A DNA stretch of 36,915 nt from an uncultured Planctomycetaceae bacterium (GTDB lineage: Bacteria; Planctomycetota; Planctomycetia; Planctomycetales; Planctomycetaceae). The position numbers were made by a program, and so were the translations under genes. Shown one piece after another: positions 18,325 through 28,092 of this stretch; positions within the stretch are counted from its first letter, which is position 1; every line of letters begins with the position of its first letter. The notes under the pieces are model-generated. The model saw nothing but the letters and a program-made list of their open reading frames with translations, was not told where the DNA came from and searched no databases. Location of the stretch: contig CAXBME010000019.1 of assembly GCA_963976765.1 (NCBI GenBank), forward strand, positions 124,001 to 160,915, in the 5' to 3' direction.

Positions 18325-19383
18325 TTAAGGACGCTGATGCAGCGCGACTCCGACCGGCAAGTGCCCCGGTTCTTTACGGACCTGTCCTGCTGAGATTTTC
18401 TTCAGTTCGACCGCCCAGGGATCTACATCCCACCGTTGAGCCAACGAACGGATTAACGCCGGGCTGACAAACGCGACGTTGGCAACAATCATCGACAGGC
18501 CGAAGGTCATCATTCCAAAACAGACGGCGATGCCCGCGTGAATCGCGACGGCGAAGGCAAGTACCAAAGGCCTGGTCCAGCGGTTCCAGATCAGAGCCGT
18601 GTAAGAAATCTCCCAGGCCAGAGCGGACATTGTCAGCAGACTGACAATTATCGGCCAGTCGACCAGCCAGGTTATGTCAAGCGTCTGGTATTCGAGGTTG
18701 CCGATCGTTCCCCAGAAAGCGACACCGCTCCACCACGCGGCTCCTTTGAGCTTCGCCAGACCGGCCACCAGATAGATCAGACAAAGGTGAAGCTGAATCA
18801 ACCGCGTCGCAATGTTCGCCGAAACACTCGGCTGAGCGACCACGATCAGCGACGTGGCCACGCTTTGTCGACCAGCGTACTTCTGACGCCGTCGAAACTC
18901 CCGCCAGTAATCAACCGACAGCCAGCCGTGTCCAGGATTCACGCACAGATAAAGCGTCACGAAGCCGAGCACCTGGTCGAACCCGTACAGCGCGGCAGGA
19001 TTCCTATTCGCGAAAGAAGCGGTCAGCAGAAACGCGACCGGAGCAGCGACTCGCGACCACAGTCCGAACGTCAGCAGCAACGCGTTCAGGATCGCCACGC
19101 CGTGCGCGACAGCGATCAACGTTGGCGATCCATCAGCCCACCACAACGCGCTGAGCAGGTTCCCGTCCGCCTGAATCGCCGATACCGCGTCGCTGTTCAG
19201 CCAGGCGTTTGCGCCGAAGAAATCGTCCGAGTTCAACGCCCAGACCGCGTGCGAATAAACCAGCAGCATCCCGATCGCAATCCGAATGCCGGCCAGCGGC
19301 GCAGGATCAGCCGCCGAAAACCAGAACCGGTTCCAGCCAGCCATCGTCGCGTCAGCCAGTCCTCGGAAGTAACGACCGATCAT
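18325..19383 (-). CDS. HTTM-domain membrane protein (SdpB-like)
   Basis: WNRFWF, RIAIG, RNP...GFD, SVD, RLIQLHLCLIYLVAGLAKL, WWSG and H.GI...GM..F motifs, with multiple TM helices. Confidence 0.85.
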   Translation of the reverse strand: MIGRYFRGLADATMAGWNRFWFSAADPAPLAGIRIAIGMLLVYSHAVWALNSDDFFGANAWLNSDAVSAIQADGNLLSALWWADGSPTLIAVAHGVAILNALLLTFGLWSRVAAPVAFLLTASFANRNPAALYGFDQVLGFVTLYLCVNPGHGWLSVDYWREFRRRQKYAGRQSVATSLIVVAQPSVSANIATRLIQLHLCLIYLVAGLAKLKGAAWWSGVAFWGTIGNLEYQTLDITWLVDWPIIVSLLTMSALAWEISYTALIWNRWTRPLVLAFAVAIHAGIAVCFGMMTFGLSMIVANVAFVSPALIRSLAQRWDVDPWAVELKKISAGQVRKEPGHLPVGVALHQRP

Positions 19384-20213
19384 CGAGTCACCTCCCCGGC
19401 TTGCAGGGCATCCGGCAGCTGCAAACGCCCTGACAGCCGTACTGCGTTTTGAGTCTGGTGTGGCGGCATCAATGGCGAGGTCTCTGGGCGGTCGTCGCTG
19501 GACGCGAATTGCTGCTCGGCTGACTCCACCAAACCTCGAACATCTTCCGGCGAAAAAGTTCCGAGTGGCCGCTCGGCGTACAGCTCGTCCGCTTCGAGCA
19601 TCATGCCCTCACGCACCTGCTGCGGCGAGGGGATGTAGTGCCGCCTGAGAAAAAGTGTCGCCGACTCAGCATGTCGTTCTCTCATCAGATGCTGCGCGAA
19701 CGATCGACTCAGCTCGTGCAGAGCCGGCTGCTGAGAATCGTCAACCGCGAGCCGATTTGCGAACTCACTGAGCATGAAATGTCGGTGGTAGTTCAGTCGA
19801 GGCTTCTGCTCAGCCGGATGGGGAAAGACGCCGGTTTCGACTCGACCGTCTGCAAACGTCAGCTCGTACCGAATCAAATGACTCGGCCCCGGCTCGGGAG
19901 CGAAGAAGTGGTAACCATGATTCAGAAACGCGGCGTCCAGGTATGGTCTGAAAAACGCAAACACTTTCTGAGCAGGCAAAGACGCCGGCTCCATCGCCAG
20001 CGGCGCCGAAGCAATCGCCACAAGATGCAGAACCAGCAGCACCGACACCGCGCTTCGAACGCCCCGACTCACCGGCTTTGATCGATCACCACCGCCACTT
20101 TGGTTGCCACCGCCGACCAGTCGTGGACCACTGTCAGCTTGCCCGGCGGCGCAAGATCCACCAGCAACTGGTTCGTCACAATCAGGTTCAGACGTGCGAG
20201 CAATCATGAGCAC
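19380..20213 (-). CDS. DUF5819/SdpA-like single-TM protein
   Basis: One TM helix containing His, then PYL...GYHFFAPEP. Its stop overlaps the HTTM start (ATGA). Exact start uncertain. Confidence 0.65.
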   Translation of the reverse strand: MLMIARTSEPDCDEPVAGGSCAAGQADSGPRLVGGGNQSGGGDRSKPVSRGVRSAVSVLLVLHLVAIASAPLAMEPASLPAQKVFAFFRPYLDAAFLNHGYHFFAPEPGPSHLIRYELTFADGRVETGVFPHPAEQKPRLNYHRHFMLSEFANRLAVDDSQQPALHELSRSFAQHLMRERHAESATLFLRRHYIPSPQQVREGMMLEADELYAERPLGTFSPEDVRGLVESAEQQFASSDDRPETSPLMPPHQTQNAVRLSGRLQLPDALQAGEVTR

Positions 20214-20366
20214 TCACTGAAGACAGCAGGCCATCAACAACCGACAGCCTGAAAGGTGGTTCCGCTCATCTCGTGTCTTCGGCAAACCGCTGCCTTTCCC
20301 GACAGCCTCTCTTCGCCCGCTTCCGCAACCCCAACATCTGCCACAATTGGACCGAAATATGAAATG

Positions 20367-20395
20367 TTGACGTGTGTACGGAATGTTGCGTTAAT
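20367..20395 (+). promoter_or_regulatory. Possible sigma70-type promoter for the NACHT gene
   Basis: TTGACG-17 nt-GTTAAT, with TG at the extended -10 position. Confidence 0.3.
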
Positions 20396-20440
20396 AGGCA
20401 CGTTCGATCAGTGTCTGTTTTGTTTCAGGTAACGCGTGTT

Positions 20441-22642
20441 ATGGATGTACCGATTGAAGAATCAGAAGCTTTTTTGCTGGATGACCGGCTGCGTCACTGG
20501 CTCGAAGAGCTCAAAAATGAATACCGCATCGACAACGCAGTGCGAGTTCTCACCGGTGGTCCGGGAGTTGGGAAGTCGTCGTCGATTCGGAAGTTTGCCG
20601 CAGAAATTTCCAGGGAAGTAGTCGGTCTGGGCGCCATTTATGTCCCTTTGCACCTGTTGGGTTTTCAAGGCAATGCCGACCGCGTACCCGACAGCTTCTG
20701 CTCCAGTCACATGTCTCGATTTCCTGACGGGCTGTTGTCGCCACGTCAGAATTATGAAATTGATCAGTCACGTTCTGACCGGCTGCTACTGATTTTTGAT
20801 GGGCTGGATGAGCTGGCCGGATCAGGAGATGTGGGAGCGGAGGCGGCTTCGAACTTCGTCGTGGCCGTTCACAAGGTGATCGAAATCTGCGGACATAATC
20901 GGCAGCTGGCCGTGCTGTTCTGTGGGCGCCCGGTTGCTGTTTCAAAGGCTACTCATCGATTCATTGCCGACCAGCACGCCTTCCATTTGCTACCCTGTTT
21001 CCCTTCGGGAAATGACATGCAATGGTCGCTGGAACTGCTGAAAGGTAAGGGCAAAGACTTTGAAAAGATCACGGCAGTGCCTCTGCTCAACTTCCTGCTC
21101 GCGCTGACTCTTGGCCGTTGGAAATCAAATCCGGAAGCGAGTCGCCTGGACCAGAGTGGCGCGGTCGATCTCAACGAAGCCTACCAGGAAATGCTGAATG
21201 GAGTCTTGGAACGACGTGACGCCGACGATGACACGAATCGCGTAGAAAGCGGGAGCGAAAGAGTTCATCCCGCCGCCGGGCAGCTCTCAAGGAAGGAATT
21301 CGGAAAATTGCTCGAAGACAGTGCGCTGGCTACATGGCATAGCGCCGGTCGAGTGACGTCAATGGAGCAGGTGCTCGCTCATCTCAACTCGGAACAGGAA
21401 ACACGCTTCAAGGTCCTCTCTGAAGACACCAGTACGAGCGTGCGGAAGCAGCTCCAGGACTTTTACATCCGGTCCAGGCAGCTTGGACAGGGGCAGGAAC
21501 TTTTCGAGTTTACTCACAAGAGTTTTGGCGAATACCTCACCGCTCGTCGTCTCCTGATTGAGTTGGAGAAAATTCATGATGACTGGAAAGTCAGCGAGCG
21601 GTCGACTCGTGGAAATAACAATCCGCTGAACCAGGCGTTGGTCGACTGGATCGAAGTCTTCGGTCCGACAGCGATTGAAGATGGTCTGTTACGGTTTATG
21701 CACCGGGAGTTTCAACGTGGTCACGTGGCTGCAGCCAGGCTGGAAGAGTGGCGGCAGTTTCTGGGGACGCTGATGACTACCGTTTTGAATGACGGCCTGC
21801 CTATGAAGAAGGTTCTGGTCGACGCCAGCTTTCACGAGAGAAACCGCCAGGCAATCCACGCCGAGCAGGCCTTACTGATTCTGCACGATTGTGCGTCTGC
21901 CGCGTTGAACAGGCTGGCTGAAGAGCGAATTGCTCCGACAAAAATCGTCTGGCCACAGGAAACGTCGCTGGGCACCTGGCTCCACCGTCTCGTCGAGCAG
22001 CGATCGTCGAGCGAAACAACCTCGCCTGTATTGAGCTCTCTCAGACATCTCTGGTTGGTTCCGGCAGAAAATGAATCCCAATCAGACACGCCGCTTCCCC
22101 CGAAGCAGAGCCTGTTTGACGCTTGGCTGTGTGGGGCGAATCTCCGCGGAATGAACCTCATGGGGGCAGGTCTCGCCCGAGCGTACCTCATCAAGGCGGA
22201 CCTCCGCGGGGCAAACCTTTGTGAGGCATTCCTCGGTGAGGCAAACCTTTGCGGTGCTGACCTCAGAAGGGCGGACCTCCGCGGGACGTACCTCAGAAAG
22301 GCAGACCTCAACGAAGCGAAACTCGGTGGGGCGAAACTTCATGGAGCGAACCTCAGTGGGGCGAATCTCTGCGGGGCGTATTTGAGAAGGGCGGACCTGA
22401 GAAGGGTGGACCTTTGTGGGGCGGATCTCTCTGAAGCAAAACTTCATGGGGCGAGTCTCGGCGCGGCGTACCTTTGTGGGGCGAACCTCCGCGGGGCGGA
22501 CCTCGGCGAAGCTGATCTCAGCAGGACGGACCTCGGCGGGGCGGACCTTAGGGGGGCGAAGGTGAGCAATTCGCAGCTTGAGAGCAGTCGTGGCACCCCA
22601 TCCATTTTGCCGGACGGGACCGAAATAAAGCCGGACGCATAA
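20441..22642 (+). CDS. NACHT/STAND-like NTPase with C-terminal pentapeptide repeats
   Basis: Walker A GGPGVGKSS, Walker B LLLIFDGLDE, PLL, winged-helix FEFTHKSFGEYL, then pentapeptide repeats. Start is ATG 20441 or GTG 20372. Confidence 0.85.
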   Translation: MDVPIEESEAFLLDDRLRHWLEELKNEYRIDNAVRVLTGGPGVGKSSSIRKFAAEISREVVGLGAIYVPLHLLGFQGNADRVPDSFCSSHMSRFPDGLLSPRQNYEIDQSRSDRLLLIFDGLDELAGSGDVGAEAASNFVVAVHKVIEICGHNRQLAVLFCGRPVAVSKATHRFIADQHAFHLLPCFPSGNDMQWSLELLKGKGKDFEKITAVPLLNFLLALTLGRWKSNPEASRLDQSGAVDLNEAYQEMLNGVLERRDADDDTNRVESGSERVHPAAGQLSRKEFGKLLEDSALATWHSAGRVTSMEQVLAHLNSEQETRFKVLSEDTSTSVRKQLQDFYIRSRQLGQGQELFEFTHKSFGEYLTARRLLIELEKIHDDWKVSERSTRGNNNPLNQALVDWIEVFGPTAIEDGLLRFMHREFQRGHVAAARLEEWRQFLGTLMTTVLNDGLPMKKVLVDASFHERNRQAIHAEQALLILHDCASAALNRLAEERIAPTKIVWPQETSLGTWLHRLVEQRSSSETTSPVLSSLRHLWLVPAENESQSDTPLPPKQSLFDAWLCGANLRGMNLMGAGLARAYLIKADLRGANLCEAFLGEANLCGADLRRADLRGTYLRKADLNEAKLGGAKLHGANLSGANLCGAYLRRADLRRVDLCGADLSEAKLHGASLGAAYLCGANLRGADLGEADLSRTDLGGADLRGAKVSNSQLESSRGTPSILPDGTEIKPDA
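22112..22561 (+). repeat. 30 tandem pentapeptide repeats (15-bp period)
   Basis: Counted LFDAW...LRGAK as 30 units of L-x-x-A-(D/N/x). Confidence 0.9.
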
Positions 22643-22826
22643 TGGGAATTCGTGAGTAAAATCTCTCTCCCTTGAAAGTGGCGCTGATTCACATGTGCAT
22701 GGACGCCGCTTTCGGGATGATTTCCTGCCCCGCGAACACTCAGCCCCCCCCGCCCCAAACTGCATTCAACCCATTGGGCATGCTCTGCCATCAGGAACAC
22801 ACAAGTTCTTTTGAGTAGACAGGCAA

Positions 22827-25046
22827 CTACCCATTCCTGGTGACGTAAACCGGGCTGCTCCAGGCGAGGGACTGGTCAACTTGTGTGACGCGGAGCCAGT
22901 AGGGGAGTTCGCCGGTCAGGGATTCTTCATCGGACGTTTCGAGCTGGAAGGTTGTCGGTCCGTTCTGATCGGGTGCGGGGCCGATTTGAGCGAAGCGACC
23001 GACTCCGCCCGCATCGACTCGGTGGTCGTCGTTCCGAACGTCGCCGAGCTTGACCGTGAACGTTGTCGGGCCGGATTCGAACGTCAGCTCGGTCGAGTCA
23101 TCGCCGTGGACTTTGAGGAGAAGCCCGGCGGCGTTGCCGGCTGACTGGTTAGACCATTCAAGGCGATTATTGCCGACGCCGGTGGCAGCATCGTCGTACG
23201 ACTGGAAATTGATCGGCTCCATCAATTCGACCGTGCCGCTTGAAACGGACAGCGAGCCGGTCCAGTCGACTCGTTGCAGTCGGGCCGTGCCTTTTTCTTC
23301 GGTGCCGCCCCAGAGAACTCGCAGAAAAGTGGCCTCTTCCGATTGAACGACTTGCGGCGACACTGCCCACGAGTTGATGATCTCAACGCCGCGAAACAGG
23401 TCGACTCGTTCGATGGCCTTTGTGCCTTCGATACTGAAGCTGATCTTCGGCGAGTCGGTTGTCTCGATTTCAGATCCCATGTCGGCACCGTCGACCTGAA
23501 AGAGCAGCCGGATACGCTCGCCAGTCGTTGCGTACGTTCGTCGAGCATGCAGCGCTTCCCAGATGGATTCGCGAGTCAGTTCTTTCGCGTAAACGGCGGT
23601 CAGTCCGTTGCGCAGGTTGCGGATCAATCGTCGGCCTGGATGACACGCGCCGGGACGGCCCATCACTCCATCGGTGCCAGCGGTCAGTCCCACCTTGTAG
23701 CCTCGCGACAGGGCGTCCATGAAAAACCATTCGACGGTGCCGTGAGTCGAATGCGTCTCGCACAGCTTCTCGATTTTTGGTTCGTACCAGTCGAGATTCG
23801 TCATGCGACCTCCGACGTGGATGTTGACGAGGACGTCCAGATCGCGGAACGCGTTGTGAAATTCGGGAGCGCGCGGAACGTCGGGCTCCGGGTCAGGAAC
23901 GTCTTCGCGAAAGAACCGGTCGCTGCGTCGGAGGATTGGTTCGTCGTAACCGTAGATCACGTTGCGATCGCCGCCGTCTTCGGTGAAGGGGCTCCATTCG
24001 CAACCGAGGATCGGGACGTAGACACCAGGCTCGTAGAATTCGTCCGTGACTTTGCGGACGTGTGCCCAGTCGCTCAGCGTGACGTAATGATCGTTGGCCT
24101 GGTGTGTGATGAACTGCAAACCGGCGCAGTCTCGACCGAAAGCGTACGACTCGGAAACCGACCCGGATCCGCAACCGATTTCCGTCTGCCCGGAATGAAT
24201 GTCTCCCCAGAAGATTTCCAGCGGCGGCTGTTCGGCATGAACGGTGACGGGGTTCGAAACGGCTTCGAAGTCGCCGACTCTGGCCGTCAGCCGGAACGAT
24301 CCGGGCTGGCTGAACGTCACGTCAAAGTGGTACGACGGTCGAACGGGTTCGGCGTCGACCGGGATGATCTCAACGTCGCCCGCGGATGTGTCCTCGGCGG
24401 ACGATTCGACCGACAGGGCCGGCAGGTCGTTGAGCACAGTCGCATTTCCCCAGCAGTCTTCGGCTCGAACGATGACTTCGGCTGCCTCGCCAACGACAGT
24501 GTCTGAATGAACGATCGCCGTCAGTCGAACCGGCGGCCCGGCGATGACCGAAAACGATGACTGCTGCACCAGCCGATGCCGGATCGAATCGCCGAGATGA
24601 TCAATGGCCATGAGAAATTCGACGGACCAGTCGACGCAAGTGGGAGCACGCCAGCCAGTGCTTCCTTGCGACGTGTCTCCGCAGGTCAGTTTGATGTGGT
24701 CGCCCTGTCGGAGTTGCCCCTGTTGGACTTTGACATGAATCTGGTGATGCCAGGGTTCGATGCCGGAGAACCAGTTGTAAACCGGTTTGAGCGTCACGTC
24801 GCTGCTGTCGCGCGACGCGAGTTCGAACTCCAGGCTCATGAAACCGTCGGCTGTCGGATCGTCGGTCTGAAGATCACTCCAGTCGAACGGCCATCGCCAG
24901 CAGACGAGCAGTTCGCCTCCGGTTTGAACGACGTCTTCGCCGATCGTCCACTCGAAGACGACAGTCGTTGGCTCGCTAACCGTCAGGTGGTCCAGTTCGG
25001 TGTGAGTCCCCTGGCCGTGCTTACGGACCCTCTCCTGGAAAGGCAT
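22827..25046 (-). CDS. DUF3604-family (PHP-like) metalloprotein
   Basis: WGDIH, GCEWS..GGDRNV, E.HS.HG..EW, GRPG, ARRTYATTG and AWSSPV motifs. Likely start ATG 25046 (ORF track gives 25205). Confidence 0.8.
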   Translation of the reverse strand: MPFQERVRKHGQGTHTELDHLTVSEPTTVVFEWTIGEDVVQTGGELLVCWRWPFDWSDLQTDDPTADGFMSLEFELASRDSSDVTLKPVYNWFSGIEPWHHQIHVKVQQGQLRQGDHIKLTCGDTSQGSTGWRAPTCVDWSVEFLMAIDHLGDSIRHRLVQQSSFSVIAGPPVRLTAIVHSDTVVGEAAEVIVRAEDCWGNATVLNDLPALSVESSAEDTSAGDVEIIPVDAEPVRPSYHFDVTFSQPGSFRLTARVGDFEAVSNPVTVHAEQPPLEIFWGDIHSGQTEIGCGSGSVSESYAFGRDCAGLQFITHQANDHYVTLSDWAHVRKVTDEFYEPGVYVPILGCEWSPFTEDGGDRNVIYGYDEPILRRSDRFFREDVPDPEPDVPRAPEFHNAFRDLDVLVNIHVGGRMTNLDWYEPKIEKLCETHSTHGTVEWFFMDALSRGYKVGLTAGTDGVMGRPGACHPGRRLIRNLRNGLTAVYAKELTRESIWEALHARRTYATTGERIRLLFQVDGADMGSEIETTDSPKISFSIEGTKAIERVDLFRGVEIINSWAVSPQVVQSEEATFLRVLWGGTEEKGTARLQRVDWTGSLSVSSGTVELMEPINFQSYDDAATGVGNNRLEWSNQSAGNAAGLLLKVHGDDSTELTFESGPTTFTVKLGDVRNDDHRVDAGGVGRFAQIGPAPDQNGPTTFQLETSDEESLTGELPYWLRVTQVDQSLAWSSPVYVTRNG

Positions 25047-25244
25047 CTTGAAGTGGTGATGAAGCTCGGGTTTGGCGGGGGGAGCGAGACTGGCAACAAG
25101 CATCAGGAGATATCCCTGGCGAGGAAGTGTGATGAAGACTTTCGAGATTCTGACGCTCGCCGATTTCGAATGCGACCGTTTCACTTGTTCGGCGTACGGC
25201 AGCATCGCGATGATGCCGCCTTCCTGATTAATTCAAATCGGCGG

Positions 25245-25304
25245 ACCACGGATTTCACGGATTGAGTTACGGATAGCAATGGATGTTTCACGAAGCCATC
25301 CGTG
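25245..25304. repeat. Short (C/T)ACGGAT repeat cluster with an inverted copy
   Basis: CACGGAT at 25247 and 25256, TACGGAT at 25268, inverted ATCCGTG at 25298. Confidence 0.5.
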
Positions 25305-25333
25305 CTTATTCTTTGTTAGAAAGAAGTTTCGAG

Positions 25334-26962
25334 ATGCGAATTCTTCGGCGGTGGTTACCTGGTCTGGTTCTTGTGCTGGTGGTGACTTCAGCGGTCTCGA
25401 CGGCGATAGCTGACAAACGGCCAAATATTCTGGTGGCGATTTCAGACGACCAGTCGTTTCCCCATGCTTCCGCCTATGGCTATCAGGCAATTTCGACTCC
25501 GGCCTTTGATCGTGTCGCAAAGATGGGAGTCCTCTTTAACAATGCCTTTACGCCGGCTCCCGGATGCAGTCCGATGCGGGCGGCGTTTCTGACCGGTCGA
25601 AACATCTGGCAGATCGAACACGCCGGCACGCACGCCAGTTCGTTCCCGAAGAAGTACGAGGTCTACCAGGACCGGCTTGCTGCGGCGGGGTATTTTATCG
25701 GATGCACCGGGAAGGGCTGGGGGCCTGGCAACTGGAAGGTTGACGGCTGGAACAACAATCCTGCTGGACCGAGTTGGGGTCGCCGCAAGGTGAAGTCTCC
25801 AGCCGGCATCAGCAGCACTGATTACGCCGCAAATTTCGCCGACTTTCTGAAGGATCGCCCAAAAGACAAACCGTTCAGTTTCTGGTATGGAGCGACCGAG
25901 CCTCACCGTTCATTCGGAAAGGGAATTGGCATCGAAAACGGTCTCGACCCGAGCAAAGTCGTCGTTCCGAAGTTTCTGCCGGACACGCCTGAAATTCGCT
26001 CGGACATCCTGGATTACTGCTTCGAGATCCAATGGTTCGATCAGCACCTCGGACGAATGCTGGATCAGCTTGAAGCCGCTGGCGAGCTGGACAACACGCT
26101 GGTCATCGTGACCAGTGATAACGGGATGGCGTTTCCTCGGGCAAAGGCCAACTGCTACGAATACGGTATCCACATGCCGCTGGCAGTTTCATGGCCGGTC
26201 GGAGCGAAAGCCGGTCGGGTCGTCGATGACCCGGTCAACCTGATCGACCTGACGGCAACGATTTACGATGCCGCCGGAGTTGAAACGCCGACCGAAACTC
26301 CGATCGCCGGACGCAGCATCCGCAACATTCTGGAATCAACCGGGCAGGGGATTGTCGACAAAGATCGCGATGCCGTGTTCAGCGGACGAGAGCGGCATTC
26401 GTCGTCGAGGTTCAACTCGCTGAGTTACCCGCAACGCTGCATCCGCACGCGAGACTACCTCTACATTCGAAACTTCCGCCCGGAGCGCTGGCCAGCTGGT
26501 CCCGCTCAGAAGTTCGATAAAGTGAAGTATGGAGCTGACAGCAGCACCGCCAGTTCAACACTCGGCCCAATGCACGGCGGTTATCACGACATTGATGCCT
26601 GTCCGAGTCTGAGCTTCCTTATCGCGAACCGTGACGACAAGAAGATCGGCCATTTCCTGAATTTCGCCGTCGACCGTCGCCCGGCTGAAGAACTCTTTGA
26701 TATCCGCAAAGACCCGGCGTGCCTGGACAACCTCGCCGCTGATCCAGCGTTTGCGAAAGTCCGCTCAAACCTGAACGCTCGCCTGTTCGACTATCTGAAA
26801 CAAACGAACGACGCCCGAGTCACCTCGCCCGATGGCGGAGACATCTGGGAAACCTACCCGCGCTACAGCAGCCTCCGCTGGTTCCCAGCCCCCGACTGGG
26901 CCGATCAGGATCCGAACCGGGTTCCTGCCCTGGAATGGCTCGAAAAGAAACGCCCACGTTGA
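25334..26962 (+). CDS. Secreted Cys-type sulfatase (formylglycine-dependent)
   Basis: Signal peptide, RPNIL..SDD, CSPMRAAFLTG (CxPxR), TSDNG and EELFD..DP motifs. Likely start ATG 25334. Confidence 0.95.
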   Translation: MRILRRWLPGLVLVLVVTSAVSTAIADKRPNILVAISDDQSFPHASAYGYQAISTPAFDRVAKMGVLFNNAFTPAPGCSPMRAAFLTGRNIWQIEHAGTHASSFPKKYEVYQDRLAAAGYFIGCTGKGWGPGNWKVDGWNNNPAGPSWGRRKVKSPAGISSTDYAANFADFLKDRPKDKPFSFWYGATEPHRSFGKGIGIENGLDPSKVVVPKFLPDTPEIRSDILDYCFEIQWFDQHLGRMLDQLEAAGELDNTLVIVTSDNGMAFPRAKANCYEYGIHMPLAVSWPVGAKAGRVVDDPVNLIDLTATIYDAAGVETPTETPIAGRSIRNILESTGQGIVDKDRDAVFSGRERHSSSRFNSLSYPQRCIRTRDYLYIRNFRPERWPAGPAQKFDKVKYGADSSTASSTLGPMHGGYHDIDACPSLSFLIANRDDKKIGHFLNFAVDRRPAEELFDIRKDPACLDNLAADPAFAKVRSNLNARLFDYLKQTNDARVTSPDGGDIWETYPRYSSLRWFPAPDWADQDPNRVPALEWLEKKRPR

Positions 26963-27171
26963 AGTTCTGTTTTTTCGAGAGTACTTCGGTCGTTTTTCGT
27001 GGCGAGAATATAAGATTGCTTTCACCCTAAGATTAGTTGCCAACGTTGACAGATTCGGTTCGAATGCTGCACTCTCCTGTTACATCTCATGCTGGTCATT
27101 CATCATCTGTTTGTCCTGACATGAACTATGCGTCAGCAGTCTCCTTCCCTCGTCGCTCCAGGACTTAAATC

Positions 27172-28092
27172 ATGTCGAATGTACGGTCTTCACGAAGGAC
27201 TCGCGGGTTTACTCTGATCGAGTTGTTGGTTGTCATTGCAATCATTGCCATTCTGGTGGCATTGCTGCTGCCCGCCGTGCAGCAGGCACGGGAAGCCGCC
27301 AGGCGGTCTGCCTGCAAAAGCAATATCAAGCAGCTTGGTGTGGCGATGCACAACTACCATGAAATTTTCAATACGCTGCCACCGGGATACGTTTCTAACC
27401 GGGCAGGCATTTCCGGTTCGACGAGCTGGTGTCGCAGTGGGGGTTCGAGCGGAACTCTGCAGTATGCTCCATGGCCGGTTTTGATTCTGCCGTACATCGA
27501 CCAGGCACCTCTTTACGAGTCGTTCGACTTCGATGTTCCATTCCAGGCGGGCAGTAATCAGATGACGACTCCCAATAGTAACCTGCTGGTCGCACTTCCC
27601 GCTTTTCAATGCCCTTCCGATCCGATTTATACGAAGGAACCGTTTTACAACAGTTACTTTGGGGTGATGGGTGGCGGCAATTCAGTTTCCTGTGGAAACA
27701 GTGGTTGTTCGCCAGCCAATGCTCGTGCTCACTTTGTCAATGGAGTGCTGTTTGCAAGTTCGAAAATCAACTTTCGCGACGTCACTGACGGGCAGGCCAA
27801 CGTCTTCATGATTGCTGAGACTCGCTATGGTGATGCAGCCTGGGGGGCCAGTGCAAAACAGGATTCCTGTACCTTCCCCCGGAATCTGGTTGGAGCAATG
27901 GACCCGATTAATCTGCACGCGAATCGAGGGGTTCATGCGACAACAGGGTTCAGTAGTGTTCACGTCGGCGGCTGTCATGTGGCGATGATGGATGGCAGCA
28001 CTCATTTTCTGAATGAGAACATGGACCTCGCGGTTTATCAGCAATTGGCGAATCGCGAAGACGATCTTCCAAACGGAGGATTCGCGCAATGA
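27172..28092 (+). CDS. DUF1559 prepilin-type N-methylation protein with H-X9-DG motif
   Basis: GFTLIELLVVIAIIAILVALLLPAVQQAREAARR, CPSD, DVTDG and HVGGCHVAMMDG. Confidence 0.95.
   Translation: MSNVRSSRRTRGFTLIELLVVIAIIAILVALLLPAVQQAREAARRSACKSNIKQLGVAMHNYHEIFNTLPPGYVSNRAGISGSTSWCRSGGSSGTLQYAPWPVLILPYIDQAPLYESFDFDVPFQAGSNQMTTPNSNLLVALPAFQCPSDPIYTKEPFYNSYFGVMGGGNSVSCGNSGCSPANARAHFVNGVLFASSKINFRDVTDGQANVFMIAETRYGDAAWGASAKQDSCTFPRNLVGAMDPINLHANRGVHATTGFSSVHVGGCHVAMMDGSTHFLNENMDLAVYQQLANREDDLPNGGFAQ

Noticed and set aside
18538..19452. 304-aa plus-strand ORF
   Set aside because: Antisense to the HTTM gene; no motifs.
22082..22765. Minus-strand ORF with EVRPA repeats
   Set aside because: Mirror of the pentapeptide repeats. 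It is also not a CRISPR array or DGR: there are no spacers, no reverse transcriptase and no template repeat.
23274..24506. 410-aa plus-strand ORF
   Set aside because: Antisense shadow of the DUF3604 gene caused by codon bias.
27046..27073. TTGACA upstream of the first DUF1559 gene
   Set aside because: No convincing -10 element at 16-18 nt spacing.
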